Positions 16,667 to 24,254 of a stretch of DNA of 64,000 nt are shown piece after piece. Where the stretch lies: positions 5,892 through 69,891 of the forward strand of contig CAZTRD010000003.1 of NCBI GenBank assembly GCA_964616145.1, given 5' to 3'. Below the pieces are notes generated by a model. That model was not told the DNA's origin, ran no database searches, and saw nothing but the letters and a program-made list of their open reading frames with translations. Within the stretch, counting starts at the first letter, position 1, and every line of letters begins with the position of its first letter. The position numbers and the translations under genes are program-made. This DNA comes from an uncultured Candidatus Saccharibacteria bacterium (GTDB taxonomy: Bacteria > Patescibacteriota > Minisyncoccia > Minisyncoccales > PEYH01).

Positions 16667-16945
16667 TTGAGCAAACAGAAGCGCACCGGCAGGAAAGATG
16701 CCCCTACTGTCCTGGAGATTCTGCTAAGGCATTCAAGCATTACTGATGCCTCAGCAAAGACGCTCTTCGACGGATCGGGCATAGGAGACGATCGCAGTGA
16801 CTTTGCTGCTATCGCCGGGGAGATCAACTACTACTTCGCGCCCAGGCCATCGATTGATCCAAGCTGGATGAAAACATTGGCGACGACCCCGGGGATCAGG
16901 TTCAATGTCTTGATCGATAGGGTCGAACATGACCGAACAAGGTAG
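16667..16945 (+). CDS. High-GC cassette C: 92-aa protein, no recognised family
   Basis: AAGGAG lies 5 nt before the TTG start at 16667. About 55 % GC (hand count). The ORF spans the whole GC-rich block and is followed by a strong terminator. No TM segment. Confidence 0.55.
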   Translation: MSKQKRTGRKDAPTVLEILLRHSSITDASAKTLFDGSGIGDDRSDFAAIAGEINYYFAPRPSIDPSWMKTLATTPGIRFNVLIDRVEHDRTR

Positions 16946-16961
16946 TCATACAACGGGCACC

Positions 16962-17000
16962 GACGCCTGAGGCCAAAAACCTCGGGCGTCTTCCTTTTTT
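16962..17000 (+). terminator. Intrinsic terminator of cassette C
   Basis: GACGCCUGAGG-ccaaaaa-CCUCGGGCGUC forms an 11-bp stem with one G-U pair, followed by UUCCUUUUUU. Confidence 0.8.
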
Positions 17001-17027
17001 CATACAATCAAGTAATATTTAAAGAGT

Positions 17028-19955
17028 ATGGTAAAGAAAAATGAATCAATATATCTTGAAGGGTTAAATCCAGAACAGATAGAAGCTGCTACTTTTGGCA
17101 ACGGACCTCTTCTAATTGTTGCCGGAGCTGGAACAGGGAAAACCACAGCCATTACTAAAAGAATTGCCTACCTGATAGAAAAGGGGCTGGCTAAATCAGA
17201 AGAAATCCTAGCTGTAACATTTACAGACAAGGCAGCACAGGAAATGGAAGAAAGGGTGGATAAAACTCTGCCTTTTGGATATCTGGATCTATGGATTTCC
17301 ACATTTCATTCTTTTGCCCAAAGAATTCTAGAACAGCATGGATTAGATATTGGTTTGCCTAATAATTTTAAGATACTAGATGATACAGCTGCTTGGCTGC
17401 TGATAAGGAAAAATCTTAATCTTTTTGATTTGGACTATTACAAACCAATGGGCAATCCCACTAAATTCATTTCAGCAATGCTTGATCATTTTTCCAGATG
17501 CAAGGATCAAGGAATATATCCTGATGAATATGTTTTGTATGCTGATAAGTTTAAGGGTGATGAAGATGAAAAAAACAGATTAAAAGAAATCTCTAGCGCA
17601 TACAAAACATATCAGAACCTATTACTTCAAAACAACTATCTTGATTTTGGAGATCTAATAATGTATTGCTTGAAACTCTTTAAAGACAGACCAAAGATAT
17701 TAAAAGAATATCAGGATAAATTCAAATATATTCTTGTGGATGAATTCCAGGATACTAATTGGGCTCAATATGAATTGATTAAAATGATAGCCCATCCAAG
17801 AAATAACATTACTGTCTGCGCAGATGATGACCAGGCAATATATCGCTGGAGGGGGGCATCTTTTAACAATGTTTTGCAATTCAGCAAGGATTTTGAAAAA
17901 GCAAAACAGATAGTTTTAATTAAAAACTACCGCTCAGGACAAAACATATTGGATCTGTCATATGGATTCATTCAATTAAACAATCCCAATCGTTTGGAAT
18001 TCCAGTTAAGCCAGGAAAAAGAAATCGCCAGTCAGGCAAAAAAGAAAGGATTAAAGATTAATGAATTCAAAGCAGTAAGTAAAAAACTTACTGCAGAGAT
18101 TGAACCCTTGGCAATGATTGAAAATCTGCATTTTAAAACATTGGAAGAAGAGAATAGGGGAGTGGCTGATAAGATAGAGGACTTAATGAGAGAAAAGAAG
18201 GCTCAATCATTGTCTGATTTTGCAATCCTTACAAGATCCAATGATGCGGCCCAGCCATTCATTAAAGAATTGGAAAGAAGGGGAATAGCTCATCAATTCT
18301 TGGCATCAAGAGGACTATATGCCCAGCCTATAATCATGGATGTGATAGCATATTTTAAATTATTGGATGATTATCATGAAAGCCCGGCTGTATTCAGGAT
18401 ATTAACTTCTCCGATATTAAACATTCCATATCAGGAGCTAGCTAAAATATCATATGTTGCCAGAATTAAAACCTGGTCATTGTATGAAGTATTGTTAAAT
18501 ATCAATTCCGTCTATGATATTTCTTTGGACTCCAAAGAAAAAATCAGAAAGTTTATCCAGCTGGTAGAAAGCCATACAAAGATTGCCAAAGAAAAAACCA
18601 TAACTTCTCTTTTAATACATTTTCTTAATGAATCTTTGTATCTTAAATATCTGGTTAAGAATAACAAGCAAAGAGAAATCTCTTTGTTAAATCAATTCTT
18701 AAAAAAGATTAAGCAATTTGAAGAAAGCGAAGCAGATCCAAGCTTAAAGAATTTCGTTAACCTATTAAATCTGGAAATTGAGGCAGGGGAATTGGGGAAT
18801 CTGGAAACTAATCTGGAAGAAGGGCCTGATACCGTGAAGATAATGACAATACATGGAGCAAAAGGATTGGAATTTCCTTTTGTTTTTGTTGTAAATCTAG
18901 TAGACAGAAGATTTCCAACAGATCAAAGAAAAGATCCGATAGAACTTCCAGAAGAATTAATCAAAGACATTCTTCCTTCCGGAGATATTCATCTCCAGGA
19001 AGAAAGAAGATTATTTTATGTTGCCATGACCAGAGCTAAAAAGGGACTGTTTTTCTGCTGGGCAGATGACTATGGCGGCCAAAGAAAGAAAAAACCATCT
19101 CTTTTCCTATATGAATTAGGTTTGGTTAAGGAAGAAACTATTCCGTCTCAGCAAATATTGTTTGAACAGCCAAAAGAATTAGTAAAACCGGATAAAGAAG
19201 TAAGGTTGCCTTCATACTTTTCATATACCCAGATAGCCGCATTTGAAAGATGCCCGTTGCAGTATAAGTATGCGCATATTTTAAATATTCCAAGAGCCGG
19301 AAGTGCAGTTTTCAGCTTTGGAAAAACAATGCATGCAACTTTCCAGCATTTCATTGAAGAAGTGAATAAAGCTGGAATAGATAAAATGACTTTAAAGCGT
19401 TTGCTGGAAATATATGAGGAACAATGGATTGATGAATGGTATGAATCCAAAGAACAAAAAGAAAGGAGATTTGAATCCGGAAAGAAATCCTTGGAAGAAT
19501 TCTTCAAGGATTTCAAGGAGAAAAAACCCAAGTCCTTTATCTATCAGGGACAGCCTGCTTTGGAATTATCTTTTGTATTAAAGATTAATAACTATCCTGT
19601 TAAAGGACAGATAGACAGGATTGATGATACAAAAGAGGGAATTGAGATAATTGATTACAAAACAGGCCAGTTAAAGGATAAATTGGATAAAGATGATAAG
19701 CAGCAATTATTGATCTATCAACTAGCTAGTCAGGACGTGTTGAAGATAAATCCTGCCAGATTAACATATTACTATGTTGATCATGCAAAGAAGATGTCTT
19801 TTGTTCCCACCAAACAAGAATTAGAAGAATTCAAAGAAAATATTTCTAAAAAGATAGAAGAAATACAACATAGCGATTTTGCTCCCAATCCCAGCGAATT
19901 TAATTGCAAATTCTGCGATTTTAAAGATATTTGCGAATTTAAAAAATTAAATTAA
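17028..19955 (+). CDS. UvrD/PcrA-family helicase with C-terminal PD-(D/E)XK (Cas4/AddB-like, Cys-cluster) nuclease domain
   Basis: Helicase motifs 'AGAGTGKTTAITKR', 'ILVDEFQDTN', 'NYRSGQNIL', 'MTIHGAKGLEFPFVFV' and 'EERRLFYVAMTRAK'. The C-terminal region has 'FERCPLQYKY', 'GQIDRID...IEIIDYKTG' (D...D/ExK) and 'CKFCDFKDIC' (Cys cluster). Confidence 0.85.
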   Translation: MVKKNESIYLEGLNPEQIEAATFGNGPLLIVAGAGTGKTTAITKRIAYLIEKGLAKSEEILAVTFTDKAAQEMEERVDKTLPFGYLDLWISTFHSFAQRILEQHGLDIGLPNNFKILDDTAAWLLIRKNLNLFDLDYYKPMGNPTKFISAMLDHFSRCKDQGIYPDEYVLYADKFKGDEDEKNRLKEISSAYKTYQNLLLQNNYLDFGDLIMYCLKLFKDRPKILKEYQDKFKYILVDEFQDTNWAQYELIKMIAHPRNNITVCADDDQAIYRWRGASFNNVLQFSKDFEKAKQIVLIKNYRSGQNILDLSYGFIQLNNPNRLEFQLSQEKEIASQAKKKGLKINEFKAVSKKLTAEIEPLAMIENLHFKTLEEENRGVADKIEDLMREKKAQSLSDFAILTRSNDAAQPFIKELERRGIAHQFLASRGLYAQPIIMDVIAYFKLLDDYHESPAVFRILTSPILNIPYQELAKISYVARIKTWSLYEVLLNINSVYDISLDSKEKIRKFIQLVESHTKIAKEKTITSLLIHFLNESLYLKYLVKNNKQREISLLNQFLKKIKQFEESEADPSLKNFVNLLNLEIEAGELGNLETNLEEGPDTVKIMTIHGAKGLEFPFVFVVNLVDRRFPTDQRKDPIELPEELIKDILPSGDIHLQEERRLFYVAMTRAKKGLFFCWADDYGGQRKKKPSLFLYELGLVKEETIPSQQILFEQPKELVKPDKEVRLPSYFSYTQIAAFERCPLQYKYAHILNIPRAGSAVFSFGKTMHATFQHFIEEVNKAGIDKMTLKRLLEIYEEQWIDEWYESKEQKERRFESGKKSLEEFFKDFKEKKPKSFIYQGQPALELSFVLKINNYPVKGQIDRIDDTKEGIEIIDYKTGQLKDKLDKDDKQQLLIYQLASQDVLKINPARLTYYYVDHAKKMSFVPTKQELEEFKENISKKIEEIQHSDFAPNPSEFNCKFCDFKDICEFKKLN

Positions 19956-19959
19956 ACAT

Positions 19960-20337
19960 ATGAACTATGATAAATTGTTCGGCTACTTGCTATTGCTATT
20001 AGGAATCGTAATCATTTTACTTTCTTTATTCTATTCCTTTAAAATATTTACAGGAAAAACATCAGCTCCTGATATTTTCAAAAAAGAGATTGCCATATCG
20101 CAGGATAAAACAATAGATCAGAAGAATCTAACTCAGGAAAATATGCAGGACTACGTTTCCCAAACAGTGAAGAATAGCATAGAAACGGTTCTTCCTGAGA
20201 ATTTCACAACAAGAGTGATAAATCTGGCTTGCTGGGGCGTATTTGCCGGTATAGCGATAATGGCCGGAGGAAAGATAGGGAATTTAGGGATAAATTTAAT
20301 CACTAAAAGCAGAAAATCAGAATTAAAAGAAGGTTGA
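19960..20337 (+). CDS. Small membrane protein (125 aa)
   Basis: N-terminal TM (LFGYLLLLLGIVIILLSLFYSF) and C-terminal TM (LACWGVFAGIAIMAGG). No family recognised. Confidence 0.5.
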   Translation: MNYDKLFGYLLLLLGIVIILLSLFYSFKIFTGKTSAPDIFKKEIAISQDKTIDQKNLTQENMQDYVSQTVKNSIETVLPENFTTRVINLACWGVFAGIAIMAGGKIGNLGINLITKSRKSELKEG

Positions 20338-20361
20338 TTTTTAATGAAAATCTTGTAGAAT
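20334..20361 (+). promoter_or_regulatory. Sigma70-type promoter of cassette D (overlaps the stop of the upstream gene)
   Basis: TTGATT (20334-20339), a 16-nt spacer, then TAGAAT (20356-20361). Confidence 0.5.
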
Positions 20362-20425
20362 AGTAATCAGCTCTTCAAGAAGGAGGTGAGGTGCCATTAC
20401 CGCAGTAATTGCGATCCTGAAGGGC

Positions 20426-20914
20426 ATGTGGGCAGTTTTACTCGGTGGCGCGCTAGGAGTTGGCGCATGGAGATTCAACGGTGTGCCGTTCGAACAGGCT
20501 TGGATGACGCTGGTAATTTACAGCGTCGTTGTCATCCTGCTGGTTTTCTTTTTCGTTAACATGGCCGAGAAGCTGTGGGAACGAATCAGAGAGACTGATC
20601 TGGGGCAGTCAATCGAACGGACAAGGATGGCATCCCAGATACAATCTGTCATAGGGCTGTTGAGAAACCACAACAACGGCACTAGCCAGATGAAGCACAA
20701 CGTCAAGAAAAAGTTGCTCAAGACAGCTCCCTGGCTAGTAGTACTCTTGTACTACTTGCCGATCCCAGTAGTCGGAGATGCTGTAGTTATTCTAGCCAAA
20801 GCATTAGTAGACACGAAAGTGTTGAAAATGCGATGGGTACTCCCGGTACTCTTCGGGGGAGTTATCTTCAAGAGTTGGATCACCTGCGTGATCTGGTACC
20901 AAAAACCTCTATGA
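20426..20914 (+). CDS. High-GC cassette D: 162-aa 4-TM membrane protein, no recognised family
   Basis: About 52 % GC (hand count) with a G/C3-rich frame. Hydrophobic helices include AWMTLVIYSVVVILLVFFFV, PWLVVLLYYLPIPVVGDAVVILA and WVLPVLFGGVIFKSWITCVIW. The start is uncertain. The AGGAGG at 20381-20386 is 40 nt from ATG 20426. The frame is open back to 20390, and an in-frame ATT at 20396 would have ideal SD spacing. Confidence 0.6.
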   Translation: MWAVLLGGALGVGAWRFNGVPFEQAWMTLVIYSVVVILLVFFFVNMAEKLWERIRETDLGQSIERTRMASQIQSVIGLLRNHNNGTSQMKHNVKKKLLKTAPWLVVLLYYLPIPVVGDAVVILAKALVDTKVLKMRWVLPVLFGGVIFKSWITCVIWYQKPL

Positions 20915-20953
20915 GAAACGGCAAGGCCAAAAGTCATGCCGTTCTCTATTTTT
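20913..20953 (+). terminator. Intrinsic terminator of cassette D
   Basis: GAG(A)AACGGCA ... UGCCGUUCUC stem (7 bp + 3 bp with one bulge) followed by UAUUUUUAU. Confidence 0.65.
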
Positions 20954-20960
20954 ATCAACA

Positions 20961-20990
20961 TTGACAATAACTCATCTTTAATGATATAAT
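20961..20990 (+). promoter_or_regulatory. Consensus sigma70 promoter of cassette E
   Basis: TTGACA (20961-20966), an 18-nt spacer, then TGaTATAAT (extended -10; TATAAT at 20985-20990). A 10-bp stem-loop (CAGCACAUCG-uaag-CGAU(c)GUGCUG, 20996-21020) sits at the predicted 5' end of the transcript. Confidence 0.65.
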
Positions 20991-21033
20991 ATAGGCAGCA
21001 CATCGTAAGCGATCGTGCTGAAAGGAAGGTTAT

Positions 21034-21258
21034 ATGAACGAGGTTCAGTTAGAAGATGTTAGATGCGACATTCGTGTCATCACGGATGTAGGCATCTGCG
21101 TCTTCGAAAGAACCTCCTCTGGGTCGTTGGGTCGCCTAAAGATGAAAGACGATCCGTCAACCGATGAGGGGGAAGTAAGGAAACTGGGCCTCCTAGCGCT
21201 TGCCGAACAGAGGGAATGTACTTTTGTCGGCTACGCGCTCAAGGAGGGCGATCGCTAG
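21034..21258 (+). CDS. High-GC cassette E: 74-aa acidic soluble protein, no recognised family
   Basis: AAGGAAGG lies 5 nt before the ATG. About 55 % GC (hand count). A strong terminator follows immediately. Confidence 0.55.
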   Translation: MNEVQLEDVRCDIRVITDVGICVFERTSSGSLGRLKMKDDPSTDEGEVRKLGLLALAEQRECTFVGYALKEGDR

Positions 21259-21307
21259 CCGCCACGAGTCAAACAGACACACGACTCGTGGCGAGCTTTC
21301 TTTTTTA
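21259..21307 (+). terminator. Intrinsic terminator of cassette E
   Basis: CGCCACGAGUC-(12-nt loop)-GACUCGUGGCG forms an 11-bp stem (21260-21293), followed by AGCUUUCUUUUUU. Confidence 0.8.
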
Positions 21308-21350
21308 ATCTCATTCATGTTAAGATAGAAGAATTAATTATTCATACAAC

Positions 21351-21644
21351 ATGGATTATCTATACACTATCATCGGAGGGTTAGGCGGTGGAACGGTAAG
21401 GGGATTAATCGGATATGTAAAACATCAATTTGCATACAAGCAAGTTGATTTTAAGTTACCATACTTTTTTGTAATGATTTTTCTTTCCGGAGTAATCGGA
21501 ACGCTATGCGCTGCCGCCATAGACAAATCAGACATTGCCGGTATAATTAGTAGCCCGGCCATATCATTCATTGTCGGATATGCCGGAGGCGATTTTTTAG
21601 ATAACATATACAAGATATTAATCAGAAAAAAAGATGCAGTATAA
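21351..21644 (+). CDS. Small membrane protein (97 aa, 3 helices)
   Basis: Gly-rich N-terminal helix (LYTIIGGLGGGTVRGLIGYV), then YFFVMIFLSGVIGTLCAAAI and ISSPAISFIVGYAGG. Overlaps the next gene by 11 nt. No family recognised. Confidence 0.5.
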   Translation: MDYLYTIIGGLGGGTVRGLIGYVKHQFAYKQVDFKLPYFFVMIFLSGVIGTLCAAAIDKSDIAGIISSPAISFIVGYAGGDFLDNIYKILIRKKDAV

Positions 21645-22416
21645 TAATATTGATTGGTTTAAAAGCAAGCATGGACATGAAGTTGGAGGTTTCTGGGTTC
21701 CGAGAGTTACGGCAATTACAGAAATAATCAACAAACCGGCATTGCTTAAATACTATGCCCAGCAGGAGAGCTTTGAAGCAGCCCAGGTGTTGCTTAAAAA
21801 TTCCGCTAATTGGGGAACAAAAACTCATGCAGCAATAGAGCAATTGTTAAAAGGAGAAGAAATTGAACCTAATACACAAATAGCTCCGTCTATACAGGCA
21901 TTCAATGATTGGTTTTCCCAATACAATGTATCGATAACATCTCCGGAAGAAGATATTGAAAGAATGATTTTTGATCCCGATAACTATTACGCCGGAAGAA
22001 TGGACGCGTTAATAGAGATTAACGGAGAATTAGGAATTTTGGATATCAAAACCGGAACAGGAATCTGGGAAGAATACTATCTGCAGACAGCTGCCTACTT
22101 AAATGCATATAATAAGACGGCTCCGTCTCAAAGAATTGCAGACAAAAGATGGATACTGAGGGTGGAACAATATCAGGAGTGCGTTTTTTGCGGAGCTAAA
22201 AAAAGGGGGAAGAGCGGAACCGATGTGATTAAGGGAGGAAATACGTATTGCACTCATCAATTCGGTCCAGAAAAAGGTATTTTTGAATTCAAGGATTTGC
22301 CGGATAATGAGCATGATATCGAAGCATTCCTTAATGCTCAGAAATTATGGGAATGGTATAATCAAGACAATCTTAAAAAGATCAAAAATTATCCAAAGAA
22401 ATTAAAAAATGACTGA
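21634..22416 (+). CDS. PD-(D/E)XK (RecB/Cas4-like) nuclease with inserted Cys-rich segment
   Basis: 'YYAGRMDALIEINGELGILDIKTGTGIWEEYYLQTAAYLNAY' gives D ... (D)IK ... QxxxY, the RecB-family nuclease core. An inserted 'CVFCGAKKRGKSGTDVIKGGNTYCTHQF' is zinc-ribbon-like. Confidence 0.65.
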   Translation: MQYNNIDWFKSKHGHEVGGFWVPRVTAITEIINKPALLKYYAQQESFEAAQVLLKNSANWGTKTHAAIEQLLKGEEIEPNTQIAPSIQAFNDWFSQYNVSITSPEEDIERMIFDPDNYYAGRMDALIEINGELGILDIKTGTGIWEEYYLQTAAYLNAYNKTAPSQRIADKRWILRVEQYQECVFCGAKKRGKSGTDVIKGGNTYCTHQFGPEKGIFEFKDLPDNEHDIEAFLNAQKLWEWYNQDNLKKIKNYPKKLKND

Positions 22417-22963
22417 GCAGGAAGCTAAAAAACTATTATCAGAAAAGGTAAAAAACAAAAATCTTGTTAAGCATTGTTTGGCTGTCGGAGTAATCATGGA
22501 GGGATTGGCAGAGAAATTAAACCAAGATGCAGCAAATTGGAAAATAGCGGGGATTCTTCATGACATTGACTATGAAACAACCAAAGATGATCCTCAAAAG
22601 CATTCTTTGGAAGGAGCGGCAATCCTGGAAGCTATGGGGCTTTCAAAAGAAATCACCGAGGCGGTAAAAACCCATAATGAAATGCATGGGATAGCTCCTG
22701 ATTCGTTGATGGCTAAGGCCCTGTATGCCTGCGATCCTTTGAGCGGATTGATCGTGGCAGCCACTTTGGTTTTGCCAACAAAAAAAATCTCTGATTTGAC
22801 TGCAGATAATATTGTAAACAGATTCTATGAAAAATCTTTTGCCAGGGGGGCAAATAGAGATATCATTGCCAAATGCCAGGACTATTTAAATCTTTCTCTG
22901 AAAGATTTTTCAAGCATTGGCTTGGAAGCAATGCAAAAAAATTCTCAAGAGCTTGAACTATGA
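22409..22963 (+). CDS. HD-domain phosphohydrolase
   Basis: 'HCLAVGVIMEGLAEKL ... AGILHDIDYE' gives the H...HD motif. 184 aa. Overlaps both neighbouring genes (8 nt and 4 nt). Confidence 0.7.
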   Translation: MTEQEAKKLLSEKVKNKNLVKHCLAVGVIMEGLAEKLNQDAANWKIAGILHDIDYETTKDDPQKHSLEGAAILEAMGLSKEITEAVKTHNEMHGIAPDSLMAKALYACDPLSGLIVAATLVLPTKKISDLTADNIVNRFYEKSFARGANRDIIAKCQDYLNLSLKDFSSIGLEAMQKNSQELEL

Positions 22964-24213
22964 AATTCGCTGCTGATTTTCATATCCATTCTAAATATTC
23001 AAGAGCCACATCTTCAAGATCAAATCTTGAAGGTTTCGGGCAAAAAGCTATAGAGAAGGGGATTATGGTGATCGGAACAGGAGACTTTACCCATCCTTTG
23101 TGGCTTAAAGAAATGAAGGAGAAATTGGAACCGGCAGAACCGGGACTTTTTACTTTAAAGGACTCTTTAATCCAAACAAGATTCATTCTGACTTCTGAAA
23201 TCAGCTGCATCTATACCAAGAACAATGGTGTGAGAAAAATCCACATTGTTGTTTTGGCTCCAAGTTTTGAAAGCGTGGAAAAAATTAATACTCAATTGGG
23301 ATGGATCGGAAATTTAAAATCAGACGGCAGGCCCATTCTTGGCCTGGACGTAAAAGAATTGGCAAAGATCGTATTGAATGCCGATTCTGATAATGTTGTC
23401 ATGCCTGCTCATGCCTGGACCCCTTGGTTTGGAATATTCGGATCCAAGTCCGGTTTTGATTCTTTGGAAGAGTGTTTTGAAGACTTAACTCCGCAAATAT
23501 TCTGCATTGAAACAGGATTGTCTTCTGATCCTTTGATGAATTGGCAGATATCAAAACTGGACAGAATCACTTTGATTAGCAATTCTGATGCCCATTCTCC
23601 TGAAAAATTAGGAAGAGAAGTAAATGTCTTTGATACGGATTTATCGTATAAGGGGATTATCGATGCTATAAAAACAAAGGATAAATCAAAATTTCTTTAC
23701 ACCATTGAGTTCTATCCCGAAGAAGGAAGATATCACTATGACGGGCACAGATTATGTAATATTTCTTTGACTCCAGAAGAATCAAAAAAATATAATAATA
23801 TTTGCCCTGTTTGCGGAAAACCAATGACTCTTGGCGTTTTAAACAGAGTAAATCAATTGGCTGACAGAAAATATGGTTTTAAACCCGAAAATGCTATACC
23901 ATACAAAAGTTTAATTCCTTTAGAAGAAGTGATAGCTGATGCTTTGGGACAGAATGTTGGGACAAAACTGGTTGTAAACGATTACAATCAATTGATTTCA
24001 ACATTCAAAACAGAATTTAATATCTTAGAGAATGTAACGGAGAAAGATTTGATGGATAGTACTAAAGAAGCGATAGCCAAAGGAATAATCAAAGCAAGGT
24101 CCGGACAGGTTCAGATAGAGCCGGGCTATGATGGGGTTTTTGGAAAGGTAAAGATATTTTCTAATCAGGAGATTAAGAGAAATATTCCCAGCCAGGAAAC
24201 TCTTTTTTCCTGA
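22960..24213 (+). CDS. Endonuclease Q-like protein (PHP domain + zinc finger)
   Basis: N-terminal 'ADFHIHSKYSRATS ... GIMVIGTGDFTHPLW' matches the EndoQ/PHP start. 'PAHAWTPWFG' and 'SNSDAHSPEKLGRE' are present. The zinc finger is 'CNISLTPEES...CPVCGKPMTLGVLNRV'. Confidence 0.7.
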   Translation: MKFAADFHIHSKYSRATSSRSNLEGFGQKAIEKGIMVIGTGDFTHPLWLKEMKEKLEPAEPGLFTLKDSLIQTRFILTSEISCIYTKNNGVRKIHIVVLAPSFESVEKINTQLGWIGNLKSDGRPILGLDVKELAKIVLNADSDNVVMPAHAWTPWFGIFGSKSGFDSLEECFEDLTPQIFCIETGLSSDPLMNWQISKLDRITLISNSDAHSPEKLGREVNVFDTDLSYKGIIDAIKTKDKSKFLYTIEFYPEEGRYHYDGHRLCNISLTPEESKKYNNICPVCGKPMTLGVLNRVNQLADRKYGFKPENAIPYKSLIPLEEVIADALGQNVGTKLVVNDYNQLISTFKTEFNILENVTEKDLMDSTKEAIAKGIIKARSGQVQIEPGYDGVFGKVKIFSNQEIKRNIPSQETLFS

Positions 24214-24254
24214 TTGACTTAAATGAGTTTTAAACATATATTAAAGTAATCAAT

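Noticed and set aside
16582-16827. Antisense ORF 16582-16827 (-) across cassette C, and ORF 16357-16590 (+) inside truB.
   Set aside because: Both are shadow ORFs on the opposite strand of better-supported genes, with no motifs and no SD.
16585-17040. Similar AT-rich strings on both sides of cassette C (ATTTTAAATATGGCAATAATGA versus ATTTAAAGAGTATGGTAAAGAAAAATGA), considered as a possible duplication of the helicase start region.
   Set aside because: The alignment needs several indels in low-complexity AT-rich sequence, so it is not distinguishable from chance by eye.
8129-21258. The high-GC islands could be large structured ncRNAs. GC-rich intergenic regions in AT-rich genomes are the classic signature used to find such RNAs.
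   Set aside because: Each island is filled almost exactly by one long open frame preceded by a strong SD. Two of the products show clear TM-helix periodicity. A 324-codon open frame at ~57 % GC is very unlikely by chance. Third codon positions carry the G/C excess. An RNA role cannot be fully excluded for the two shortest islands (C and E).
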